Shown: piece by piece, positions 26,041-38,900 of the stretch | Layout of the letters: each line of letters begins with the position of its first letter | Position numbering within the stretch: position 1 is the stretch's first letter | NCBI GenBank assembly: GCA_002633005.1 | Contig: NMRA01000429.1 | Coordinates: 124,001 to 188,000, forward strand | Direction of reading: 5' to 3' | DNA from: Phoronis australis | Taxonomy: Eukaryota; Animalia; Phoronida | DNA length: 64,000 bases | The notes under the pieces: generated by a model | What the model was told of the DNA's origin: nothing | Seen by the model: the letters and a program-made list of their open reading frames with translations, nothing else | The model's database searches: none | Position numbers and translations under genes: made by a program

Positions 26041-28543
26041 TAGTCGGTGGGCCAGATCTCATAGCCTTCATCCTTGTGAGTACTTGGGGGGGGGCAACCT
26101 AGTTTTTTCCATGTGGCTAGATAATATACCTAGCAATCAAATTCCAAATAGTTCCCACGTCTACACTTGCACATTTTTTTAAAAAAGGTGTTTCTGTTGC
26201 ACAAAATATGATGCACATTCCTGCCACTTGATGGCGCTTTTCTATTGAATTGACCATTCAGAGAGCCAGATTGTATTGTTGTGATTAGTTACTTCAATAT
26301 GGCTGCTCCCATGGAGTGTGATGCCTGTATAATTCAAGGTTTATCAAACAGCACAAAATTGTGATGTCAGAGCCTAAAGAAGCTTAGGAAAGCTTCCTGA
26401 CGAAAGATGATTGAATGTGAAACTCTGTAGATCAGTAGATCAAAAAGAAGAAGAGGTGTCACAAACGTTTGTGCAGAAAACAGCTGCATGTCCTGGTAGC
26501 CTACACAGTATACTGCTGAGTGCTGTACTGCAGACTAGAAGACCATGTGTCAGACCAAAAAATTGAAAGGACATAGAACGCCATAGCAACGTTTCAAGGC
26601 ACCAACAGTAGTACTAAAGCTGAAGTTGCTGAAAGGGATACAGATGTTATCCAAGATTTCCGAAGAAAATCAATTATACTTCCAAAATCTGAAACACCCA
26701 ATTAACCTGAACAAGATAGGAACATTCTGAAACATGAGTGCGTCATTTGTTAGCAGGAAAAGTACATTATGGGCAACATTTCAAGAAGGAGAAAGAAGTA
26801 TAGCTTTCAAAAACAGGTACGTGTTTTTGAAAAATACATCTTGGTGTTTTCCATGTGTGTTTCAGTATTATCACCATTTGTTTTTTAACTTGTTCAGCCC
26901 CTTGGCTGCCTAGGCCTTAGACAATACTGCTGACCCAGTAGAGACGATGATCATACCATAGGCACTCCATATGCCGGATACTTTTCGGCAAATTATGTTC
27001 CTATAAGTTTAGAAGTACCGCGTAGAGAGATGCCTCTAAGGAGGTCGTTAATGTTTTCATTTGTTCCCAGTTTAAACAAATACTCCTGCAATCCTGTTTT
27101 TCGAACACTCCATTCAGTTGCCACATCGACACTGCTTGCGCTAAGGGATAATCCTATGGCGTTATACTGTGGGTATGATTTTAAAGTACTTTAAATCAAA
27201 AAAAAATTGAGAAGGTTAAATGGAGTAGCTGGTTGCAAATAACATGCCCAAGTGGCCGTCATGTCCTGCCGTAGTCTCATTTTTTTGTAAACATTAATTA
27301 CTTAGGTAGCTGCAATGATAAATAAATTAAAGTGCCTAAGTGGCCATCGTCGCCGTCGAAATTTGAGGACGATGGAAGGCACTGTCCATTTCGTCAAACG
27401 TCGAGTACCTTGGACTTGTATCGCAAGCAACAGCTCAGTCCAGAGCCCTGAATATGCAAATGAAATTCAAAGATAATGAATGTGTTTTAGAAGCCAAGTA
27501 CCACAGATCATCATGCTTTAAAAAATAGAAAGACAATTAACGAAGAGTGACGAATTCACAGTTTTCAGAGATGTTTTTCTACAGTTCATTGAATCGAAGC
27601 TTCTAACACGAAGAGATGTCATTTGCCTTTCAAAACTAAAGCAAGACTTTGAAGCTGTTCTTCAGAAAGCTGGTGTGCATGAAGTTATTTGGACAGGCAA
27701 TCTTAAGAAATATTGTTGAAGCTACTCACTGTTGTAGTTTGTGCCCGAGTAAGAGATACGAAAGTGAATTGAGGCTAGTGTTCAATAATTCACTTGCTGA
27801 CTCTAATTAACACAGCCCATTATAACATATTTTGAATCAAACGTTTGCCCATATAGTGCCCGCCTCCAAACAAGGACTTAGTGTTTGACCCTTCATTGCC
27901 TGCGGGCTAATCACCAGTGTGCAGTGCTGTACCCTCTCTAATCGACCATAGTTGGCTCCTTGGCGGTGGAGCTTTGCGGTTAATATGTACATGCATGGCA
28001 ATGACCGCATCTCCATTGACAGTACTAAACGATGAACGCTGCAAGTGCAAAAAAGAACATGTGTGCTGGAAAACTGAGTTTGTGCTGCAATTCTGGGTCA
28101 AACTGTACAGAATTGTGCAGCTGTGACAACTGTAGTAACATCAGCAACACTGACTGCATAACATTGGATAGTTCTTTGACAAGTCAACCCCAATTAAAAT
28201 AGACCTCCAACCCCGTTATTTCCTTTTTGTATTAAAAAGTTGTTGATTAAGTCATAGAAAGTACATACTTTGATCATTGTCATGTATTTGTCTCATACTG
28301 CTTGATAAACGCTGTCAGAATAATCTATTATTTTCATACAGTCTTTGTGCACATTCACAGAGATCATTCAACTATATTGTTTTTGTACTATAACGTATTT
28401 CTGGTGTATTGTGCAAACAAGCTGTATTTTACACCATTAGTCAATGTTTTAGTCATTGAGGCACAAATTTTGCCCAGTCTCAAGTGTTTTGTGTTAGTTT
28501 TGTTGCCAGACAATGCCAGAATAACTTCCTAGTAACATTCAGA
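26041..28543 (+). mobile_element. Second, right-truncated copy of the same Academ-like element
   Basis: Near-identical to 41224-43677 with different internal indels. Left TIR present, right end missing. Confidence 0.8.
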
Positions 28544-31500
28544 TTTACATGTTTGATGTCACAGTCTAAAGTCATGAAAATCTAAACCATAGAGTATGAT
28601 TTCGAAGTTAGAGCATTACAAGTCCGTGGGTTTAGGGTATACAAGACCGTGTATTTTGCGTCTTTACTGTAATATTATGAAAATAAAACAACCGAATTTG
28701 GAGCTCTTCGGTGCATTAACTCACTCACTCACTATCCCATCATCATGGGCGCGTGATAGGAGACCCGTGAAGAACTTTAAAAACGCAAAAATATGCAGTT
28801 CGGCGTAACAGAAATAACTGTAATTATAAAATAACTACGGCGTTGTATTGACCGGAAGCAGCCATGCAACTTGTTAATGTCACGATCGAATAAAGAGATC
28901 AAATATACAGAAAACTTTCACGTTTTGATTTCCAAAACTTGTTGCATTGTCCATAATCCAATGTTCAATTTAACCGCCTGCCTTCAACCATTGAATTAGT
29001 GGTGTTACACAACCGATATGATCTCGTGTAAGGGGGACACAGTAAAACTAGGTTAATTTATTTGACCCTGTGCCTAGTCAAATATGCATCTGCACGGAAA
29101 GCAGTATCAGCCTGACAACCTATTACGCAACTGCTACTAAAACAGCAGCCGACCCGCTGATGGCCGGTCGGCAGCTAAGATCGGTTGAAGAGTCGTCGGC
29201 CGGTCGTCGACTCCTAGCCGACCGGTCGGACAAAAATTCGTGATGTGTGCTGTACGTACACAATACTTCAAGCAATTTTAACAATCAGCATTAAGGCATA
29301 GCCAGGCGAAGCAAGAGTTGCGTTTTGATATTTTCCGTATTTCCAATTAATAATATTATATGTAATACTATCAGATGTTTACAAGTCACTTCTTACCGTA
29401 AAATACAGTAACACCGTTTTAACAACAAAAATGTCTTGTTGAAAAATTCCTAGCTCATAGTTTGACAGGTTTTCGAAAGTGGTTCAAAGACTGGACATAA
29501 AAAGATATCAGAGGCCAGACTATTTCTGGTATCCGGTCAGGGCCACGGGTCGGTGCATATAAAGAATGGTTTAATGTAATTGTTGTGCTTATTCACTAAC
29601 TTTGGTGGGACATCGCTGCTACAACCGTAGCTCAAGAATCTCGCTGGGTGAACAAACGTGTCAAAATGAAAAGTAAGCTATTAGATTTGATTTGATAAAT
29701 ACAACACTCGATCGAAACTCAGTCAAGCAGTCAGCCGGAAATTCAATACAAACTCTCGCGGCTACATGTAGTCTCAGGGTCGTAAGCTCCAATAATACCT
29801 TCCATCAGAGCGCAACAGCTAAAAAGTGGCCTGGTGGAAAGAACGACACACGGAACAACGTTTATGGACACTAATGCGCATGCCTTGGGAGGAAGTATGT
29901 CGATCTCATCGCCACTACTTCCATATGCCTTAATGCACTGTACTTGTTGGGATTAAGCCATTGGATCGGGGCTTCCTCGATTTTGTTTACCTCGATCTTT
30001 GCTCGTTTTAACGAAATGCAACTATTCAAGTTAACGGTGGTCGCCATACTCGGTAACTGTGGACTGAAATGGGGTTTCCCAGATTTCAAGTAACGGAAAT
30101 GACTGAAAGTTATTACGTCGGTCTCATTACTTTAACCATTGTGAAACCATTTTAAGCAACATTAGTCAGTGGAACATTTCGTAGCGCTGTGAAAGAGTGT
30201 AGCTCTAACACAATACATTGGTCAAGTGCCGGAGTTGGCATTTCAATGGTGAAAGTGAATGCCACGTTTAAGTTAGCATACCGTTACTTAACCTCAACAG
30301 TTCGTCTGAAGATATGAAATGTCTTGTCAGTGTGAATCTATGAACTGTCTTGTAAATCCTATCGGGTTTTAGGACTACCATTTACGTTAATTTCATTCAC
30401 TATCTCATCATGATACAACTTACCTTTTACCCTTGCACTTGTGAAATTATATCCTCCATAAGAGCCAAACCTTCATGAATAAATAAATCATTGTATTACA
30501 CTGTTGCACTAGAATGCAATGTGATGAAACGACAAGAATTAACTTAAACATAATATGCTCGATCATGTGAAATAATACAAAAATGATATAGACGGTAACA
30601 ATAACATCAAAACGGAATATGCCATCATTATCACAATCAACACAAACGGGGAAAACTTAATGACCCAAAATGATAATAAAATCGTATAATATTTCTCAAT
30701 GAAAATCACCTAATTCTCTTCAGGAATTCTTGAGAAAATGAGTAGCTTGTCTAGAGATAACATAATTAACGCATTACAATTTGGCAAGGTCATTTCAATG
30801 GGCACACATGGACTAAGTTTAGAACGCCGCTAGAGCAGTTTAAAGTAGGTGTGCGCAAGTCCGGGAACCAAGTCTCTTTCCGTTTTTTCCCATTAATAAA
30901 CGCTTAAGGCTACCATACTTCTTAAACTAGTGGAACACAATAGTGACACGAAGCCTTTGCCAAACATCAACAGTTCGGAGCCTATTTGAAAAGTTCATTT
31001 TTTGGTGTGTCAAATACGAAAATGCAGCCAACGTCTTTTAAAAGTTTTGCAGGGATTATAGCTAAAGATTAAGCACCGAAATGTAGACCCACTCAGGAAG
31101 ACGACCTTAAACAGAACAAAGGTTTTATGTGCCAGGGAGAAACTAAACGTACAAAAACAGGGGATTTGGAATGAAATACGAGTGAAGTCGCCAAATCGGA
31201 GCTCAGCGATATTTTAAATCAATGCTAGATTTTTGTTCTTACCCTATTGTTGTAAGCCCATAACGCCTTGTTCTGTAATACTTGTGTAAATATAAACGCG
31301 GCGACCACGTGACCGTTCTATCTCCCTGATTGTCGCTCCAAGGTAAGATTCTACCATCATGCCAAGCAGCCCGACAAATACTGGAATCCTGAATTGATTA
31401 AAAGCATACCAATCACACTGGAGGTAAAGTTCTACTGTGACTGGCTGGGAAGTGAACTTTACAAGAAGAACAACCAATCATATCTCTTGACACTTACACT

Positions 31501-31911
31501 GTAATTGTCGTACCAGCAGCTTATTTTAAATTATTACACAAAACCAAACAAATGCATTTGCATAATACCTTCTTAAAAGTGTTTGAATTTATTTTTAAAG
31601 CCCCATGAAACGGTCACCCAACTAAAAATTAACATTCGTTTCACAAGTAGGTCACAAAATTTATAGCACATATCGGTTTCGAGTTAGGAAGTTGTAGACG
31701 TCTTCTATTTCTTATTCGGCGTTTGGGAGTAATTCTTGCTAAACAGAAATCTACACGGAAAATGTCCAGAGTTCCTGGCAGTCTATTTAATTAGATGTTT
31801 TTGTATAAGTTATTAATTTTTTAAATCGGATGATTCTGCGGGGCATACCAAAAACTTTTGCAAATAATGTTTTTTTCATGTGTATTTATCAGCAGTGTGT
31901 GCATTTTCTTC

Positions 31912-32402
31912 GAGATGCTATGTTTATTAAAACCGTTAATGTTCAAATTTGCAGTATTAGCGTCACCTAATGACTTCCTGGAGAACTATGTGTATATAAG
32001 TATAATCAGGAAAAGAAGACACACCTGACAAACTTCATTCTGGATGCAGAGTGTCACGGGAAAATTAGGATACATGTACCTACCCATTTACATAGTAATA
32101 CCATGTGAAAATGATGACACTTTCCACATTTACAAAAGGCAACCTTTCAGAGTGTTTTTATTATTTGTGTATTTCACTATCAAATAACGTTAACTTTGCG
32201 AAATATTTGAAATTACTAAGTTTTTATGTGACCACACTTGTTTTTCAGAGTAACAGCTGTGGCGACTTCTGTAAAAACCGCATTAATTTACAAATTGTTT
32301 CTTTTCCTAATTATACTTGTACACACAATTCTCCATGAAATCCCTAGGTTGCGCTAATGCTACACATTTGAATGTTTACGGTTTTAATAAGACTTAACAT
32401 CT
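31912..32402. mobile_element. MITE with ~75-bp imperfect TIRs
   Basis: 31912-31987 is an inverted copy of 32327-32402. Confidence 0.7.
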
Positions 32403-32406
32403 TTAA

Positions 32407-35367
32407 AGGAGAATGCCACCCAAAAAACAACCTATTTTGTATCAATTTAGATCGAGTAGTTCTACTCGATAATGGCATGTTCGGTTGCATTACCTGACAC
32501 CTGACGGCAGACTGAGGTGTTGAAAGTACCCAATGACGTCATTGGTATCACATGCAGTCCCATCAGCAGTTCACAACACGGATTACTCAGTGGTGTAAGC
32601 TTATCGCTTGAATTCATCGTTTACCACCAATAAATCACCAAATTTCGATGTAAAACCCTTAAAATACACCTAGTTCCGTTACGGATTTATTGATATTTGG
32701 ACAGTCAGTAGCCTACAGAGTGTGGCATACCAATTTACCAAGGTCAGCAGCAGGAGTTTGGGGTCTGTTCGGAGAAGAATTCGAAATATTCTTCCGTGAA
32801 GTGCAGATAGGAGAACCTAGATCTGCCTTGTTTAGAGTTGTGATTTTTTGAGTTCTAATCACGAAAAACGCTTGTTATCCCGGCCAGTGGCTCGGAACGC
32901 AATCAGGCCCGTCGCGCCGGACTGACTCGTTATCCCGGCCAGTGGCTCGGAACCTGATCAGGCCCGTCGCGACCGCCGGGATTGGCGCGAACATAAACCA
33001 GCTTGAGATGGAAAATCATCTTCCAGTCACGAAAAAACTATAATTGTGAGCCAAAAGAAGTAATGTACACGTAATTAATATGTGAATTAGCCACGAAACT
33101 GAAAATCTACTTAGTTGTCGGGGGCCGCGAGGTCGGGTTCCCCTTCCACAGACCGTCAGGGCAAAGGTTGTGCAGTAACACTGATTTGAATAACGCATTT
33201 GTATTTCTAAATAAAGATTCCCCTAACATGTCACCATCTGTTATATAAAATGCATTCTTTTCACAAACTCCATCCCCCAATCCATTGTGCCCGTTAGTTT
33301 CGGAACCGCCTTGGTCCCAGGTATTGCACCGACCCCCTAGTTGGATTCGAGGTGTTCTATTTTTCCTCGCCTGCAGTTTTTTTCGCGGACGCGGAGGGAG
33401 GGTGGTCAGTTTCGGACTGGCCTTGGTGACGTCAGTCCGTCGGCTCAACGGCCTGGGTGACGTCACTCCGTCGGCTTAATTTCACTCCCTCCGGCTTCTG
33501 TCGCGTATATAACTCATTGGGCCTGTCGCCGCCAAAATTAATGATGCCTCATGAAAAGATGTTAACTCTTCCTTGAATAAACTAAATTATATACCCCGGT
33601 GTTGGAAAATTGGCTTTCTTCATTTATTCTGATGCTAAAATTGCGATACGCTCTTTGAGCGCCATTGCGTCACCTATTGGCCCATTTCCATGTTCTTCAA
33701 TCAACTGTGAGGTTGCGTACGTGTCATAACAATTCAAAGTAGTTTCATTTCGTTGCAATTTTTTGCTATTTTAATACCAGAAAACCCAATTTCAGAACAA
33801 ACTCTCGAGCGATATTGCAAAATCTTAGGAAACGGCGTGTACGTGCGCGTGTCACGAATATGCACTGTTTTCAAATCGACGGCAGATTTTCCTTTGTTAC
33901 AAAAGGCGGAGAATTGCGATATTAACGTTTATTAGATTCTTTACGTCTATAAACGGCTGTAACGGGCAATGTGAATGTCGCTTCATACCCAGATTTTGCA
34001 GGCTCTCCTGCAGGTTGTTAGCTCTAAGATTCAAGACGAGGTGACGAGCTGAGCACGCGGGTTGTGTGAAATTTCGGTGTCTAACGGAGCTCTACACACG
34101 GCTACCTCAGAAGCTGTGTGTTGACGATATTCTTCATACAGCTAGCTGGCTTTCTACTTCGGTATGTACATTTTTTATGTAAATTTTGTAAATACATCTG
34201 TATACTTTGTGCTCTATACAATATTCTAAATGCATTCTTAGTTTTCACTTTAAGAATATCTGATTACCGTACTTAAGTTGTGTTACGGCACGGTCAAGTG
34301 TTCTGGAAAGAAATTTGTACTACCCGGGGAAACATCCTGCAGCCGCAAACGTTGCATTCTAAAATCTGACAGTGACATAATCTGCTTGAAGCTTTGAACA
34401 CAGTCTCTTCAAGAACTATTCCTGTGTCTTGCGATGAACACCAATGTTCACTCTTAGGTGTATCTATCCCCTTCGGCGTTTCCCAACTAGCTGTTACCCG
34501 TGCGGCTAGTAGCGTATAAAATTGAGTAATTCTTTCACAACAGCTTTCAGTTAGCAAACACTGAATTAGCATGTGCTCTCACGTCCTCGGTGCCCCGTCA
34601 ATTAGCTTTATTGCCAGCCCCAAAAGCCGGTAACGCAGTGGTTTATTTATTACTGTCTTCTCAATATTCGCACTCACGAATACTTCAAAGGCGTTACAAA
34701 TTGTTTCTAATGACACAGACTTCGTTTCACTTTTATATAAGCATTGGTTAGGATGGGAATAATTCATTTTGAAGCAGAACTCAGAATAATGAACGTCTAC
34801 ATGGCAACCCGCCCTACACCAATCCTGACTTAGTCAAGAGCTTATCCGACGAAGACTTCAAGGGTCGGATCGTTAGGTTTCACAGGCCATCAGTTTGAAC
34901 CGGAATGCACTGACCAAGGAATACTAGAGAGGCGCCGTGATCATGCACATGCAAGGAACGTATGGATAGTTCTTTGATAAGCCGGAATTCGTCAGAGAAA
35001 TCACTGTCGACGAAATGCCGGCAACAGACAAGGACGTGTTTCACGGTCTTTTACTTGCTATTAACAGTGTACCTTTTATTCTTTACCACCGTGAGCCACT
35101 TTCTAAGCATTTCGGGCTCTCGATGAAGTCGAAAAAACGATATACCCGCTTTCTTCGCAGCATCATCGTTTGGACAAGCGGGAGCAATGCACATCAATAT
35201 AGCGACATTCATTCTACAGACGAACCACTGACGTAGCTGCGTCGTTTCTCACCTTACTCACAAGTTAACGCAACATCACTAAGCAAGATGAGGTCTACCG
35301 TATAAGAGGCAACGTGGATATAGGGCGATTAAGACGGTAAAAAAGACTAATTAAATCGGGTGGCAGT
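32407..35367 (-). mobile_element. Decayed Kolobok-like DNA transposon with nested insertions
   Basis: Left end TTAA|AGGAGAATGCCACCC, right end GGGTGGCA-gt|TTAA (partial TIR). Contains a THAP relic and a weak KolX-like relic on the minus strand. Confidence 0.55.
34965..35212 (-). pseudogene. THAP zinc-finger relic with an in-frame stop
   Basis: MCIAPACPN...GISFFRLHREPEMLRKWL...*...VCCRHFVDSDF matches the C2CH THAP signature. Confidence 0.85.
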
Positions 35368-35499
35368 TTAAAGTTATTAAGATTTACTACCATTGCTTTT
35401 CACAATGACTATTTTCACGAGATATTATGTTTGGTTTTGGATCAAAATTTAACATGACATCCTTTAGGTTACCATTACGCACTCTTGCATACATGGTGG

Positions 35500-35905
35500 C
35501 ATTCAAATATGCATACATGTATAAAGATATGTACATGAATGCATACATGCATGCGTACGTGTATAAATACATGTACATCCACACATGCATGTTAACGCAC
35601 ACTTCTATGCATACATACGTGCACACATGCACACGCAAATATCAATACATACATACATTCGTACGTTAACACAAAATTCACATATACATTCATAAAACCA
35701 ACATACATGCAACATACTTACATAAAACTGTATGAATACGTTCGTTTTCTCATTATATAATTTCTTTATATATTTCGATGACATTGTAAACTACAATCAA
35801 TACAAACACCACTGTCTGTTGCATTTAGATGAAACTTCATCACTACAACCACCAATACAACCACAACAACCGCAACAACAACAACAACTATACAACAACA
35901 ACAAC
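35500..35905. repeat. Degenerate (ATAC)n and (ACA)n microsatellites
   Basis: Visible low-complexity runs. Confidence 0.85.
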
Positions 35906-38900
35906 CTCTTGTACTACTCTCATTTCTGTTTCTACCTCTACAGCTTTCATAGGCTGGTTAAAGAGTACCCTTCTACTCCTCTTTACTTACATAAGTGTAC
36001 GAACCAGTCCCCCACACTTTACGTGCAGAATCTGTACACTCTCTCTTTGGACATATGTATCTATAACAGAAGACATTCGTTATACATAAGCGAAACTACT
36101 GTTTCAAGTGCGACCAGTTTCAAGAAACAAACCTCTAAGTTCATTTCTGTAACTCCAATGGACTGGGCATCCATTCTCAGTTATAGAAATATCGCCCACG
36201 ACAGCAGCATGCACTGTCTGGTCGCTACGAAATAACGCATTAAATAACAATGTCGTTCAACTTCTAGTTGATAAAGCTTACTTTGAACATGTAAATGTGG
36301 TTCTAAAAAGAATCTTCACAGCACTACTCTAACCACATTAGGACATACATGTACATCGGTAAATGTCACTTCCTTTAGCATACTACATGATTGCAGGACA
36401 AAGGAAGTTGTGTCGCATTTCCGTAGTGAAGCCACGGAGGAGTTCAATAACTTTTGCTCCACCCTAAAAACGAGATGTCACAAGATTCCGCGAGATATGG
36501 CAACGTATTTTCAATAAGTCGCATGTGATTTTAAAACCCCGCGAGACAGTTATTGAATTTTACCCTGACTATTCGTGACAACGTGTTAATGGACATTTTT
36601 GAGCGATCAAAGAAAACAAGCATATTCGGGTGTAATTGTTGCTAATTTATTCCACATGTTTTGATACTTCATTTCACTTATTAACTCTGTCACTTGCCCG
36701 TAAACTATGTGTGATGCTATGAGCTGAGTATATACTGTATACTGCCGAGTAAACATGTACTAACTCGGTGCAGCATAATAACACAACTACAGTGTATGTA
36801 ACATACGTGGTGCGACTTTATCAGTGGTTGCAACCCTTCCTCTGTTTGCAATCGCGCAGCCAAATTCACTCTCTCAAAGTGAAGGTAACATTTCGTAAGT
36901 TTCTTTGCGTATATGCGTTTTCATTAAATTTTGCTAAGTTCATAAACGTTTTGTGGTATTCAGCGGGGGACCTTTGACGGATGAATAATTGGCTGATGTT
37001 TAAATTGAAAAATAAAACCGATGTCACTCACACAGTAATCCGAAAACAAAGCCCATTTATTCTGGCACTTGCTCATCAGTATGCATGTATTTGTCTTAGA
37101 AAAGAAGGCTTGTCCACAGTTATCGAAAAGTCCTTGCGGTAACATTTTATTTGCAGCTCGACCTACCTCGCACTTTCAGCTGTGCCTTTTTAAAACTACA
37201 GGTATGAAAGGAATTTTTAAGTTAATAATTTCATTTTATGTTTGAAAATAAAACCGGCAAAACGTGAGTGAAAGAAACCAAGATTTAGCTTTGTAGTATG
37301 GTTTCCGTTAATAGTTTTTCACGTTTGGCTGTTTTAGTGTTCATGTAATGTGTACTTTCACGCTGTAAAATAATCTCACTCACGGCTGACCCCTGCCATA
37401 GAAGTAGTCACTGCATTGTCCAGTTGCGTCGCTGTTCAACACTTGACAGAAGAGTGAACCTGAAATGTACATGAAAGGCATGGTCGTGTTTATGATTCCA
37501 TTTTCAGACAAAGTATTGTGCGAAGTATATGATAAACTGAAAACACTTTTGCAGTAATTTTGGAGAAAATAACACTTTCTCTATTGATTTCTGGCTGCTA
37601 ACAGGGCTTTTAAACTCGAAATCACATGCGCGCACCCAGCCTAAAATATAGGGGGGCTCGATTTTTTCGATATGCTGACCTTTTAGTGGAAGAAATCAAC
37701 GGCGACTCGGACTTTTTGTTTCACTGTTCGAGCCTCCCGAGCCTCCCCCCCCCTCTTGGTGCGCCCATGGATTAGACTCGAAATTGTTTTTGTCTATTTT
37801 TACTTTTTTACTAGTACATTAATAACTACGTAATTCTAGTTCTCAGTTTATTACCCCGGTATTAACTTTAGAATTTTAAACCTCGGCCCCGGAGCTTGGT
37901 AATGCAAAAGTTTCGATTAGCAAGGAAACTCATTTATGGTTAAGCATAACACTGTCACATTTGTAACGAAACTTTTTTACGTTTCGTGCGACATCGTCTA
38001 CAACACGTGCGACTCCTGTCTTCACGCATTCACTATTGAGCGGATTCCACTCTGGCGATGCCCAAGTGCAGCTGAAGGCACTTGCTATGGATTTTTGCGA
38101 TCTACGCGTTCCACAGCAATTGGGCAATCAGGATTCTTTAAACGTGGTGGGCCTACTGAGGTTGTCCCCTCGAGATAAAAGTTCTGCATATATTACGGTC
38201 GTAGGACAATTTTTACGCCCGTGCTTTACGAGCAGAATTGCTATATCCGCTTGTAAAATCGGATCATGCCAGCTCTGAAAAAGGTTGTACTCTCGTAATG
38301 CACGCCCGTAATTAAGCTCATTAATTACGCTCATGATTGACGAAGTGTAAAAGAGAAGCAAACCTCATCGTTGCCCTGCGAAGGAAAATATTTGTCCGTG
38401 AATCACGTTTGTAAACTACGTGCCTTCTTCACGTAACCCGTATGTCAGTAACCTTTCTTGGAGCAGGTTACTAATGTCGTTGGAATGATTGCCTATTCAC
38501 TCGTTATACGTTTTTTCAGGACGTTGACGAATATTGGATTTTTTACAAGTATCCGTGTCCAACAATATACGAACTTTGAAGAAAAGGCCTAGCAGAGCTT
38601 GAAATCTGTTATCTAATTTTAGGTTGTAATGTGTACCATCTTCGCAAATCATTATGTATTCGATAAAACACACTTTTAGTGTCTCGAATGACTTACAATA
38701 ACATAAGAATAGAAATTAATTTGTAGTGGAACAGAATTCATGGAATGGATGTCCAGCCCCAGTGAACACGGTTCGTTTTTTTCCAGCACCATTGCTTTTA
38801 ATACCGGTGGACAAGGCACCGTTTTCAGGTCATCGGATGTTCTAGATTTGACGATTTGTTGAGAAAATATTGTGTCCCAGGTCCCCACACAAATGTGAAT

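Noticed and set aside
34845-34877. Penelope-type minimal hammerhead ribozyme (ccgacgaagac...gtcggatcgttagg)
   Set aside because: Both catalytic core boxes (CUGANGA and GAAA) are mutated, so it cannot be supported.
35387-36235. ORFs with poly-Q/N and YMH-rich translations
   Set aside because: These are translations of microsatellites.
37930-38640. Possible decayed reverse transcriptase (VVDD; LGLFFKVRILLD)
   Set aside because: The motifs are weak and appear in the wrong order on the minus strand.
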